Source of the DNA: Tubulanus polymorphus
Lineage: Eukaryota; Animalia; Nemertea
Assembly: GCF_964204645.1 (NCBI RefSeq)
Contig: NC_134035.1
Span: 2,170,001-2,234,000, forward strand
DNA length: 64,000 bases
Direction of reading: 5' to 3'
Shown: positions 25,869 through 38,200 of the stretch, in pieces
Position numbering within the stretch: position 1 is the first letter of the stretch
Layout: the number at the start of each line of letters is the position of its first letter
Notes under the pieces: generated by a model
Told to the model about the DNA's origin: nothing
Database searches by the model: none
The model's input: the letters and a program-made list of their open reading frames with translations, nothing else
Position numbers and translations under genes: made by a program

Positions 25869-26843
25869 TTATTTCTGACGATGTTTTGTCCGTGTAACCA
25901 AATCAAAGAGTATACGGCGAAATTTCGAGTTGGCCGCGACGTAAACGAAAAAGTTCAGAAACGAATCGTTCACCGACATCATTAGTGAAAACTTTCGCAA
26001 CGTACCTCGCCATGCAGCCTTACTACCGGCTAAAGAAGCCAGTCTATCGATACAGGGCGATATTTCACAGATAATAAACAGAAACACGATCATTAAAACG
26101 GTAGTCGTCGCCTGCGAAACGGATTTAGATTCTTTCCGTGTAGCGCCGAGTTCGGTCTTATTCGACGTGAGTTTAACGGCTTTGAATATGATTAGAAAAT
26201 TGAATATTATCAGCGCTAACATCGGACCAAAAGCTACAGCAACGTAATATCGCACATTATCTTTAACTGACTTGGGTAATGCATAGATTTCTAGTGATTT
26301 GTCACATATGTTTGGTCTGTAGCCATATTTTGCAGTAATTGCGCCGTGACAGCGCCAAATAACTGCAACCAGTAACAAAATGACAAAGACGATATTGAAT
26401 TTTGCTTTACTGATCCAACGTCGAGCAAAAAATGGAAAATATAAATTGATCACTCGGTCGGCCGATACAGCGGGAATAAACATATTCCTGAATTGTAGGG
26501 ATGTCCCATAAGCATACAAAGATGGTATAAAAAATGCGGGATAGACATTCGCTCCTCCGAGGCGGAATACCATAGTTCCTTTCAGAAAGTAGTATGCCGC
26601 AAATCTTACAGCAAAATAGAAAAAGGAACATATCAAATACAGAATATCAGCAGCGGCCAAAAGTTGTAGCAAGTGAAACGATACGATAGGAGATTGAAAA
26701 GCGCGTAAAACAATGATGTTCACGATATTCAAAACGACTCCAAATACACAAATCGGTCCAATGTAGAAAATGTTCAACATCGAAATGATTTCCCGACTCG
26801 GTCTCTCCGGGCAAAACAGACCTCCGTAAGTTGTTGCGTTCAT
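25869..26843 (-). CDS. Rhodopsin-class GPCR, family B (FMRFamide-receptor-like)
   Basis: 324-aa intronless ORF with NAT sequon, LAAAD, DRV, CEISP and NDSFLNFFVY. Confidence 0.9.
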   Translation of the reverse strand: MNATTYGGLFCPERPSREIISMLNIFYIGPICVFGVVLNIVNIIVLRAFQSPIVSFHLLQLLAAADILYLICSFFYFAVRFAAYYFLKGTMVFRLGGANVYPAFFIPSLYAYGTSLQFRNMFIPAVSADRVINLYFPFFARRWISKAKFNIVFVILLLVAVIWRCHGAITAKYGYRPNICDKSLEIYALPKSVKDNVRYYVAVAFGPMLALIIFNFLIIFKAVKLTSNKTELGATRKESKSVSQATTTVLMIVFLFIICEISPCIDRLASLAGSKAAWRGTLRKFSLMMSVNDSFLNFFVYVAANSKFRRILFDLVTRTKHRQK

Positions 26844-28367
26844 ATCTCAGTGAAGACAAATTGCTGAATGAATTCAATGAATATCAGCGAAACTGTAAGG
26901 ATGTCTCTATTGTGTTCAAGATTGAATGGTTCTATTCACTGGTCAATTTGCTCAGAATCGATGGACGACTGAATTTAATCCGTTCCAATTTGTATCTCGT
27001 TAGCAACTTTCTCCCGATAGACATAACGTTAAAGTTTTATTCAAAATCCTGTACGAGAGCAAAATGTGAAAATAACTTTTATTTATAGATCTTATAATGT
27101 AAAATATGATATCATCACTACAACCGAGTTTTTATAAAGAGTTCCATCTAGTTCATTTTCAGACCCCAATAAAGATATTGAATATGTAGATGTATTCATT
27201 TCTAGCTGTCGGAAATAAGATTTAAATTCAACGCGCTATTGCTGCGTGTGAAAATCAAAATACTATTGAAATCGAAAAGTTCACACAAGTTAGCCTCGAA
27301 ATACGCCGTCTTCAATCTTAAACAATTCTCAGATCTTGATCTTGATATTTTACTGCGTCTATGACTGCGTTGCCGCATATTGGTGACGCAAGGAGTTGCT
27401 CAATTCGGGCGAGCTTTGAGGTAGTGGTATACTACTTGCTTCAATTTCGCCCTATATGTACAGGCGTTTTAGTCCATGGTCCACTACAGATCTTGGGGAA
27501 AAGGTGTTACCGTACGTGATAATTCCGAGATGTACGGTACACTGACAGCTTGTTAGTATTTCCGCTGCTTGTGCGTGATGATACAGGAGAGATACAGTCC
27601 TCATTGGGGATGGCAATCGTGCCAGGTGATCTTTTGATCTAGTGAATTCACGGCGCTATGAATAACACCCTACCCCCAACAAAATTGATCACAACTATTT
27701 CTTATACAAATATCTACTGTCAAAGATATAAGCCGCAATTTGGACCGGACTAAAATTTGGCCCGTGCCTAATTAGAGAGCGCGCAAACCAATCATGCAAA
27801 AATACTGAAAAATGCTTAGAAAAACGAAGTGAAGTGAATCACTTTCAGAATCAGTTTTTATAGTTTGGATAATTCTCTAAACACTCGTATCATTAACATT
27901 CGTATCTCCCCCTCTCCCCTCTCCCCTCGCCTCTGTCCTCTCCTCTCCGCCCCTCTCTTCTCCCCCTCTCCCCTCTTTCCTCAGTTGTTCTATCCGTGTT
28001 TCCTCTGTCGTTCTAATTGATTCAAATATTGACTTAACCAATCTCGAGTTCATCTTTACTTCACAGAAATAACGTTTATATATGTTTATTCAAAGGTATT
28101 AAAAACATATAGCAACAAAATTTATAACATGCGAATTTAGTAAAATGGTGAAGAAGAAAAGAATTGTTTGTAGTAACTGGTGTTCTAGAGGCCGAGAACC
28201 TAAGTACCTCTCGCGTCGTAGTATTTATTTCCTTATGTCCTCCAAATCGGTTATCACTATTATTTTCTAGTATGTGCCAGATTTGAATAAATAATGCTCC
28301 TACGAGGCACCTGCACCTTATCATGCATCAACTCCTTGACTCCAACAACATGACTCCAAACTTGAAA

Positions 28368-29327
28368 TCAATGGTTATTTTTGACTGAATTTCTACAGCG
28401 GATTTTCACACAGAAATATTCACGAATTTCTCGTCCCAGTAAAAGATATATGTAGAAATTTACCACATAGTTACACGTTGCAAACTGAGTTGTAATGTCA
28501 TATAGAAAATCTCTCTGCTCCGGTGGAATGGGCAAAAATGAAGTAATAGTATTTGGAAGTGTGAATATTGCGAATGCGAGTGAAACTGTTAGAAGCATTA
28601 TTGTTGTCCGTTTTGATTTTGTAGTTTTCTTATCGGTCGAAACTATTTTTGAACCTCTGAATAGCTGAATCATGATAACTGTATTTGATATTAGAATCAA
28701 AATTAACGGTAAAAAGTTAATATGGATGGCCAGTATGACGAACAGTTTCAATTGGTCGAATAATTCGTGGAAACATCCGAAAGACTGGTCGGTAAAATGT
28801 ATTGATAAAGTAGGAAAAAGGTATAGAAACAGCGCATTAATTGCGGTTATTATCAATGAAGTCAATCTAGCGAATCTCGGTGTACATATCAAACGAGATT
28901 TGAACGGGAAGAGCACAACTGCCACACGTTCTAGAGTTATTACTACTATTAACCACGAACTATTGCAGGCTGCAAGCGCCATCATAAATTCATAGTTTTG
29001 GCAACTGATCACCGAGTTCATCATGAATATAGGACCATCGTCAACGTGCAAGAGAACAAACTGTAAAACAGGCATCAGAGTAAAATTGAAGCAGTACGTG
29101 AAATCACTGAACGACAAAATGATAAGATAGTTAGCGTAAGATAAACTGCGAAATCTGCGACTTATCATTATCAGGAAAGTAGCTGAATTTCCAAAGGCTC
29201 CAAAAAGGAACAGGATCAGCAGAATGACCAGTGACACAGTACGGTAGATTCCAGACCTGTTCGCTACAGACATGATGACAATGTAACTGTTATAAGTTCG
29301 GCCGATTTGCATCTGAGTAGAATTCAT
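28368..29327 (-). CDS. Rhodopsin-class GPCR, family A paralogue 5
   Basis: 319-aa intronless ORF, near-identical to 30583..31536. Confidence 0.92.
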   Translation of the reverse strand: MNSTQMQIGRTYNSYIVIMSVANRSGIYRTVSLVILLILFLFGAFGNSATFLIMISRRFRSLSYANYLIILSFSDFTYCFNFTLMPVLQFVLLHVDDGPIFMMNSVISCQNYEFMMALAACNSSWLIVVITLERVAVVLFPFKSRLICTPRFARLTSLIITAINALFLYLFPTLSIHFTDQSFGCFHELFDQLKLFVILAIHINFLPLILILISNTVIMIQLFRGSKIVSTDKKTTKSKRTTIMLLTVSLAFAIFTLPNTITSFLPIPPEQRDFLYDITTQFATCNYVVNFYIYLLLGREIREYFCVKIRCRNSVKNNH

Positions 29328-29872
29328 TTTTCATGCAGAACAAATGAGAGTGCTCTGAATGTCTGAGAGTGTACTGGAACTGATCGTATTTTCTCGCGTA
29401 TTGGAAAATTAATTTGACTCTAATAAAAAGATATCCTCAAAGTCTTTGTTAAAGCTGCAATTCATTTGTAATATCCATTGTTAACAGTGAATCAATAATC
29501 AATTCTTTGAAACTTTATACAATAGACTCAGATTTTGTAAAAATTTAACTAAATTAATTCTCAATATTCGTTGTACTAGAATTCCTTGTAACTGGTCGAA
29601 CATTATAAAGAGTAAAACATCTGAACAGGTTGGAAAATATCTGACATTTCTGTACAGGGAAAACACAGGTAAAATAACTTCAGATCATTATTCAGCTACA
29701 TCAATACATAGGCTCCTAGCCAGGAGTTCGTTATTTCTGAAATGTAAATTTTCTATTTTCTATTAGAAAGACAAATCACAGAGCTCCCGCATTCGACACA
29801 CACTCGTTTCTAAATCAATTCGACAAATAATTACGTTGCATAATTCGTTGATTGACGAGCGATTTGAAAACG

Positions 29873-30492
29873 CTCGCGCGCGTCTAATAAACTAGTTAAC
29901 CGTTAAAGTACTGTTCGTTTCGTTGTTTCTATATTCTACACCGATGTAGCAGGGCTATAAACCATGAAGATTGAGGGGTTAAAGGGGTAGGCGGGTGGAT
30001 CGGCCTTTAGAACACCAGTTACTACAAACGACTTCTTTTCTTTCACCTATACTAATATCACATATTGTTATAAATTATATTGCTATAAGTTTTTTAATAC
30101 CTTTGTTCTATATACATGTGAACGCAATTTTTGTGAACTTGAGCAAATATTGGTTAAGTCAATATTGCATCCCATAGAAACTGGTTCAGGAAGTGAACCA
30201 CAAACGAACAGTACTTTAACGGTTAACTAGTTTATTAGACGCACGAGCTTTCGCTACTAATGTATAGTAGCTTATCTCATTCACCTGATGAATCTACTAT
30301 ACAATAGTAGCGAAAGCTCTAGTCAGTAACCTGACTGTGGTTTAGCTTCACGATCGGATATTTTCACAAACAACATATAAGCCCATCCGATTATAAAAAG
30401 CTTACCACCAACGATTAGGTAACTAACTACGAAAGCTCGTGCGTCTATAAACAAGTTAACCGATAAAGTACTGTTCGTTTCGTTGTATCTAC
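29873..30492. mobile_element. Penelope-like retroelement pseudo-LTR remnant (direct and inverted partial copies)
   Basis: A ~50-bp block (ctcgygcgtctaataaactagttaaccgttaaagtactgttcgttt) occurs at 29873 (+), 30201-30250 (-) and 30432 (+). It also contains a hammerhead-like core with an inverted copy. Confidence 0.55.
30279..30327 (+). ncRNA. Minimal type I hammerhead ribozyme-like motif
   Basis: attcac-CTGATGA-at-ctactat-aca-atagtag-c-GAAA-gctc-TA-gtcagt: both conserved boxes, a perfect 7-bp stem II, and helix I pairing at 5 of 6 positions. Confidence 0.55.
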
Positions 30493-30582
30493 TTCGTTCA
30501 ATCTACAAGTAAGTAATCACTATTATTTTCTAGCTTATTGCATCGACTCCGTGACTCCAACAACATGACTCCAAACTTGAAA

Positions 30583-31536
30583 TCAATTTTTGACTGAATC
30601 TCCACACCGGATTTTCACACAGAAATATTCACGAATTTCTCGTCCCAGTAGAAGATATATGTAGAAATTTACCACGTAGTTACACGTTGCAAACTGAGTT
30701 GTAATGTCATATAGAAAATCTCTCTGTTGCGGAGGAATTGGCAAAAATGAAGTAATAGTATTTGGAAGGGTAAATATTGCAAATGCGAGTGAAACTGTTA
30801 CAAGCATTATTGTCGTACGTTTTGATTTTGTAGTTTTCTTATCGGTCGAAACTATTTTTGAACCTCTGAATAATTGAATAATTATAACAGAATTTGATAT
30901 TAGAATCAAAATTAACGGTAAAAAGTTAATGTGGATGGCCAGTATGACGAACAGTTTCAATTGGTCGAACAATTCGTGGTAACATCCGAAAGACTGGTCG
31001 GTAAAATGTATTGATAAAGTAGGAAAAAGGTATAGAAACAGCGCATTAATTGCGGTTATTATCAATGAAGTAAATCTAGCGAATCTCGGTGTACATATCA
31101 AACGAGATGTGAACGGGAAGAGCACAACTGCCACACGTTCTAGAGTTATTACTACTATTAACCACGAACTATTGCAGGCTGCAAGGTCCATCATAAATTC
31201 ATAGATTTGGCAACTGATCACCGAGTTCATCATGAATACAGGACCGTCTTTAACGTGCAAGAGAACAAATTGTAAAACAGGCATAATTGTAAAACTGACG
31301 CTGAACGTGAAATCACTGAGAGACAAAATGATAAGATAGTTAGCGTAAGATAAACTGCGAAATCTGCGACTTATCATTATCAGGAAAGTAGCTGAATTTC
31401 CAAAGGCTCCAAAAAGGAACAGGATCAGCAGAATGACCAGTGACACAGTACGGTAGATTCCAGACCTGTTCGCTACAGACATGATGACAATGTAACTGTT
31501 ATAAGTTCGACCGATTTGCATCTGAGTAGAATTCAT
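30583..31536 (-). CDS. Rhodopsin-class GPCR, family A paralogue 6
   Basis: 317-aa intronless ORF. Confidence 0.92.
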   Translation of the reverse strand: MNSTQMQIGRTYNSYIVIMSVANRSGIYRTVSLVILLILFLFGAFGNSATFLIMISRRFRSLSYANYLIILSLSDFTFSVSFTIMPVLQFVLLHVKDGPVFMMNSVISCQIYEFMMDLAACNSSWLIVVITLERVAVVLFPFTSRLICTPRFARFTSLIITAINALFLYLFPTLSIHFTDQSFGCYHELFDQLKLFVILAIHINFLPLILILISNSVIIIQLFRGSKIVSTDKKTTKSKRTTIMLVTVSLAFAIFTLPNTITSFLPIPPQQRDFLYDITTQFATCNYVVNFYIYLLLGREIREYFCVKIRCGDSVKN

Positions 31537-34045
31537 TATTCATACAGATCAAATGAGGGTGCTCTGAATGTCTGGAGTGTACTGGAACTGACCGTGTTTT
31601 CTCGCGTATTGGAAAATTAATTCAACTGTAATATAAAGATATCATCAAAGTCTTTGTTAAAGCTGCAATTCATTTGTAATATCCATTAACAGTGAATCAA
31701 AAATCAATTCTCTGAAATCTAACACAATAGACTCAGATATGGTGAAAGTTTATCATGACATTGTGTAACTAAACCGATTATCAATATTCGTTGTACAAAA
31801 AATTCGTTGTAAATGGTGAATTATCCGACGGAGTAAAATATCTGAACAGGTTGGAAAATATCTCTAATTTCTATACAGGGAAAATAGCTTCAGTTCATTA
31901 TTCAGCTACATCATTAGCCAGGCGTTCTCAAGGCCTCACGTTCGCAAGTTCGTTATTTCTAAACGTAATTTTTCTTATTTTTTCTATTAAAAAGACAAAT
32001 AACAGAGATCCCACATTCGACAAACACTCGTTTCAATCAGTTAGACAAATATTTACGTTGTCTAATTAATTGATTGACGAGCTATTTGAAAACGGTTTTG
32101 AATTCATGGATCAAGTTTTAGAGCTTTCTTGTTCCGGACAGATCCGGCAGCTATAGAAATTGATAACTAATGTCATTGCAGTTTACAAAAAAAGACCCGG
32201 CCGATTATGAGAAAACATGGTTTCAGTTTTTTAATCTAAATACAGTCGGTCACCGCCTCATTAACTAATTAATGAGACCAGTGAAACCAATATTTATTGT
32301 ATAAGAATTCATGCAAATAATTCTTCATTAATTTTCACAAAAATCTACATCTGCAGGTTGGAGGCGCAAGTTGCTTTTTTGAACAATGTCCTGTCGCGCT
32401 CGACAAACTGGAACCATGACCGTGACCGAGGCGTGATTAGCTTATGTACATTCTGTACATGAGTCAGTTATAGATATATATCGGCTGTCATACGAGACAC
32501 ATGTACAGTTTTGTGTGGGTTTAGGATATTTTGAATATGCGAGAAACTGGGAAAAAAAACTGCTCGTGGCATCTAGAACCCGTCGTTCTCTCCCAGACGA
32601 AACTAGGAATATCCCCGATTCAAATCTACTCTTAAGCCTAATTCTTTCATAGAAAATTGTTTCTTTAATAGTTTCAGAGCATTTTTTTCTGGTTACACAG
32701 TGAATTAGTGGTAGTTGAATGCACTATTTTAGAGAATAAAATTTAATTTGCTTGAAATTCTTCCTTTGGCATGTGAGCCTATCGCTTTACCGGATGCTAA
32801 TACATTCCGCTGACAAAAGAGTTCTATCAAAAATGGTTTGAAATTCGTTTTAAAAAGATGTTCCCCTTCGAAAAACCTCAAACGATAGTAGGATTATTCA
32901 TATACAATGGAACCGTATTAAACATTGAACGCAATTCGGCTAATAAAAATATATCTTTATTACTCGCATGCCACAGTGTGATAGCGAGGCTGAGTTAGAT
33001 ATCTACCGTACAGTGCTGCCCCTATGAATTACGATAGCGGAATTTTTGTGAACTAAAATAGTGGTGCATATTTACCGCCGGAATTTAAATGTCCTTGTTA
33101 CGTAAAATACGGACCAGTGTGGCGCCTAATTCTGATTGAATATGATACTATGAAAACGTTCTGAATTTTGTATGATATTGCCTTATTTTTTAGGTAACAT
33201 ATTTAATTCTTTTTAACTAAAATTCACTTACTTATCAATTAATATAGTATTTATATACAGAATAACTGATTCATTTACATTTTTGAATGATAATTTATCA
33301 TCTGAATTGACAAAATGTCCATATTTTTTCTTCGATATGTTCTAATTGCGCGCAAATAATCAGGGAACATACAAACACCTGTCGTTCTCTCCCAGACCAT
33401 ACTAGAAATACCCCGAGTCAAATTTACTCTTTCAAGGCTTATTCTTCAATAGAAAAATTGTTTGGTTCAACGTTCAGAGCATTTTTAAGAGTTTAACAAT
33501 TTTCCTCGGAATCCGGCCCGCAAATCGGTAATTAGTTCGTCCACTAAAGCCGTTCGAAGACTCTGGCAAGCGAGTATTATGTTAGTTCACGTTTTCCACG
33601 CTAACGTTATACATAGCGGCAGCACAAGACGGTCAAGAATGAATTGATCGCGCTATTTTACTGTGGAGCGGGCTCAATTCAATTGCTAATTCTTTATTTA
33701 CAGTGAACTATTCCCTCAATTGATAAAGACTTTAAAGCCACGATGATTTTGAATGTACGAATTTTGATATTGGGTGAGAAGATAAGAATTCATGATACTT
33801 CATGTCCTCAGGGACGCACAGGGGGACCTCACTCCAGTTGACTTTGCTTTGCAGACATGTCACGACACAGAGGCCGGCCCGCGGCCCTGACTCGACCAGT
33901 TTCAAGTTGCAATGGCTTTCTCCCACTGCCACAGGCTGGGCTCTTGTGTAAAACGAGAATCTGTTAATCCAGTGCCGCACTGAAAACTGCTGAAAACTTT
34001 TGCTTAAGCCTTTACTATGTCAGAGTAATTGTACTGTTTTGCTTC

Positions 34046-34215
34046 CCTTACCCATCCTCCCTCAACCTCTCACCCCTTCCTCGACCTCTCACCCCATCCT
34101 CCCTCAACCTCACCCCAACCTCTCACCTCATCCTCGCCCAACCTCTCACCCCATCCTCCCTCAACCTCACCCAACCTCATCACCCCATCCTGCCTCAACC
34201 TCACCCCAACCTCTC
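34046..34215. repeat. C-rich minisatellite (cacccc/atcctccctcaacct); shorter copy at 37106-37258
   Basis: Direct reading. The minus strand is rich in G runs. Confidence 0.8.
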
Positions 34216-34529
34216 AGTCAGTCTCCCTGTTAATGTGATTTCAATTTTAGAATTTCAGGTTTTCCTCTGTCGGGCTGTGGTGTAAGCTTCATCACGAATA
34301 CTGGACATGGTGGACTTCAACTGAAATTTATCACAGGCTAGTGAATGTGTGAGTAGAATTTCTTATAAGTTTCCAAAACAATTATGAGAAAGCAGTTTAT
34401 CTGTAAACACTGTTTACACTGCATTTCATAACAATTGTCAATGGGGTTATTTGTAGCATCCCTGTAATTGTGTTGCAGGAATTATAATTCAGGGTTTTAG
34501 TAAGAGCATCAATTTTAACCTTAGAAATT

Positions 34530-35255
34530 AATTGAATATTTGACATCATTGAATAAAAATCGTTTTTGGACCGAATTTGGCGGGCGAATTTCATGTAAAT
34601 TTGTGACGAAAATAAGGGGGTCGAAACACGACATCCTGAATATCTCATTTTAGGAGCATCGGATCCGAAATGTAACCTCATATTTGTAATCAGCACCCCA
34701 AAAAACACGTCTACACAAAATTCCATTAAAATTGGGCCAAAAAAAAATTTTGACTTTGTACCCCATTTTTGGGGTGCATATTTTGGGCATTAAAACCCTT
34801 ATTTGCTCATGAAGATGAATTCCGATTCAAAATCTGATTGCGGATCCGGAATCTACACCTCAGAATACATATTCCTACTAATTTTCGAAGGAATCAGAGA
34901 AAAAAATATTTTCGCCGAAAAAAAACTCCTGGACTAACACCTTAGATTTTTGCCATTTTTTGCCAAAAAATCGAATCTCTTCGATTTGCTTAAGATTTTA
35001 GTCCGCTATATTTTAAGGGGTGCTGATTCCAAATCCGCAATCAGATTTCGAATATCTCAAAAACTCTGGGGTCCAAGACCTTTTGAAAATTTAGGGGGTC
35101 CCTCAAAAATTCGAATTTCTCATTTTCTGGGCCTCAGATCCAAAAAATTCTTTCAGATTTGTAATCAGCACCCAAGAATACATGTCTGTACTGAATTTCA
35201 TCGAAATCTGAGACAAAAAATATTTGACCCCTGACACTCATTTTTGTGGAGTAGC
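34530..35255. mobile_element. Non-autonomous DNA-transposon-like insert with repeated TAATCAGCACCC/GGGTGCTGATT subterminal motifs (second copy ~37575-38286)
   Basis: Direct and inverted motif repeats, with no coherent protein. Boundaries are approximate. Confidence 0.5.
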
Positions 35256-38200
35256 CTACCTTAGATTGCCATTTCTCTGATACACCGGTAACTAGGCTTT
35301 ACTCTAACTCTGTATGTTAGATTTGTGGCCTCAAATCTATTAAGTTTCATGTATATTTTTTAGGATGTTTGTCATCATTAGGAACTACATGTATGTATTG
35401 ACGTTTTTGTTTGTTGATCAGGACTACATCAGATGAACTGGATGAATATATGTTGGCAGCGTTAGAACTCACCGAGAGGATAAACAAACAAACAAACGAA
35501 CACATATTGGGAGAACTTGACTTCAGTTATAGTGAACTTTATGTCCACGAGGACTAAATATGTGACACTACCGATTGGCTATGTTTGAACTAAAACGGGG
35601 CAACTGAAAAAAAACTGCTCGTGGCATCTAGAACCCGTCGTTTTCCCCCAGACGAAACTAGGAATATCCCCGATTCAAATTTACTCTTAAGCCTAATTCT
35701 TTCATATAAAATTGTTTCTTTAATAGTTTCAGAGCATTTCTTTTCTGGTTACAGTGTTATTGGAGTTGAATGCACTATTTTAGAGAATAAAGTTTAATTT
35801 GCTTGAAATTCTTCCTTTGGCATGTGAGCCTATCGCTTTACCGGATGCTAATACATTCCGCTGACAAAAGAGTTCTATCAAAAATGTTTTGAAATTCGTT
35901 TTAAAAGGATGTCCCCTTCGAAAAACCTCAAAAGATAGTAGAATTATTCATATAGAATGGAATCGTATTAAACATTGAACGAAATTCGGCTAATAAAAAT
36001 ATCTTTATTACTCGCATGCCACAGTGTGATAGCGAGGCTGAGTTAGATATCTACCGTACAGTGCTGCCCCTATGAATTACGATAGCGGAATTTTTGTGAA
36101 CTAAAATAGTGGTGCATATTTACCGCCGGAATTTAAATGTCCTTGTTACGTAAAATACGGACCAGTGTGGCGCCTAATTCTGATTGAATATGACACTATG
36201 AAAACGTTCTGAATTCTGTATGATATTGCCTTATTTTTTAGGTAACATATTTAATTCTTTTTAACTAAAATTCACTTACTTATCAATTAATATAGTATTT
36301 ATATACAGAATAACTGATTCATTTACATTTTTGAATGATAATTTATCATCTGAATTGACAAAATGTCCATATTTTTTCTTCGATATGTTCTAATTGCGCG
36401 CAAATAATCAGGGAACATACAAACACATGTCGTTCTCTCCCAGACCATACTAGAAATACCCCGATTCAAATTTACTCTTTCAAGGCTTATTCTTTGATAG
36501 AAAAATTGTTTGGTTCAAACGTTCAGAGCAGTTTTCAGAGTTTAAGAATTTTCTGCGGAATCCGGCCCGCAAATCGGTAATTAGTTCGTCCACTAAAGCC
36601 GTTCGAAGACTCTGGCAAGCGAGTATTATGTTAGTTCACGTTTTCCACGCTATCGTTATACGTAGCGGCAGCACTAGACGGTCGAGAATGAATGAGAATG
36701 AATTTTACTGTGGAGCGGGCTCAATTCAATCGCTAATTCTTTATTTACAGTGAACTATTCCCTCAATTGATAAAGACTTTAAAGCCACGATGATTTTAAA
36801 TGTACGAATTTTGATATTGGGTGAGAAGATAAGAATTCATGATACTTCATGTCCTCAGGGACGCACAGGGGGACCTCACTCCAGTTGACTTTGCTTTGCA
36901 GATATGTCACGACACGGTGAGCTGGTGAGGCCGGCCCGGCCCTGACTCGACCAGTTTCAGTTAGTTACAATGGCTTTCTCCCACTGCCACAGGCTGGGCT
37001 CTTGTGTAAAACGAGAATCTGTTAATCCAGTGCCGTACTGAAAACTGCTGAAAACTTTTGCTTAAGCCTTTACTATGTCAGAGTAATTGTACTGTTTTGC
37101 TTCCCTTACCCATCCTCCCTCAACCTCTCACCCCTTCCTCAACCTCTCACCCCATCCTCCCCCAACCTCTCACCTCATCCTCGCCCAACCTCTCACCCCA
37201 TCCTCCCTCAACCTCACCCAACCTCATCACCCCGCCTCAACCTCACCCCAACCTCTCAGTCAGTCTCCCTGCTGTTAATGTGATTTCAGTTTTAGAATTT
37301 CAGGTTTTACTCTGTCGGGCTGTGGTGTAAACTTCATCACGAATACTGGACGTGGTGGACTTCAACTGAAATTTATCACAGGCTAGTGAATGTGTGAGTA
37401 GAATTTCTTATAAGTTTCTAAAACAATTATGAGAAAGCAGTTTATCTGTAAACACTGTTTACACTGCATTTCATAACAATTGTCAATGGGGTTATTTGTA
37501 GCAGCCTGTAATTGTGTTGCAGGAATTATAATTCAGGGTTTTAGTAAGAGCATCAATTTTTACCTTAAAAATTAATTGAATATTTGACATCATTGAATAA
37601 AAATCGTTTTTGGACCGAATTTTGTGGGCGAATTTCATGTAAATTTGTGACGACCGAAACACGAAATCCTGAATATCTCATTTTAGGAGCATCTGATCCG
37701 AAATCTAACCTCATATTTGTAATCAGCACCCCAGGAAACACGTCTGCACAAAATTTCATTAAAATTGGGCCAAAAAAAAATTTTGACTTTGTACCCCATT
37801 TTTGGGGTGCATATTTTGGGCATTAAAACCCTTATTTGCTCATGAAGATGAATTCCGATTCAAAATCTGATTGCGGATCCGGAATCTACACCTCAGAATA
37901 CATATTCCTACTAATTTTCGAAGGAATCAGAGAAAAAAAAATTTTCGCCGAAAAAAAACTCCTGGACTTACACCTTAGATTTTTGCCATTTTTTGCCAAA
38001 AAATCGAATCTCTTCGATTTGCTTAAGATTTTAGTCCTCTATATTTTTAGGGGTGCTGATTCCAAATCCGCAATCAGATTTCGAATATCTCAAAAACTCT
38101 GGGGTCCAAGACCTTTTGAAAATTTAGGGGGTCCCCAAAAAATCGAATTTCTCATTTTCTGGGCCTCGGATCCGAAAAATTCTCTCAGATTTGTAATCAG

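Larger units (their letters stand above)
28252..32093. repeat. Recent tandem duplication of a GPCR plus flanks (copies ~28252-29872 and ~30516-32093)
   Basis: The coding region, downstream flank and ~550 bp of upstream sequence align between the two copies. Confidence 0.85.
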
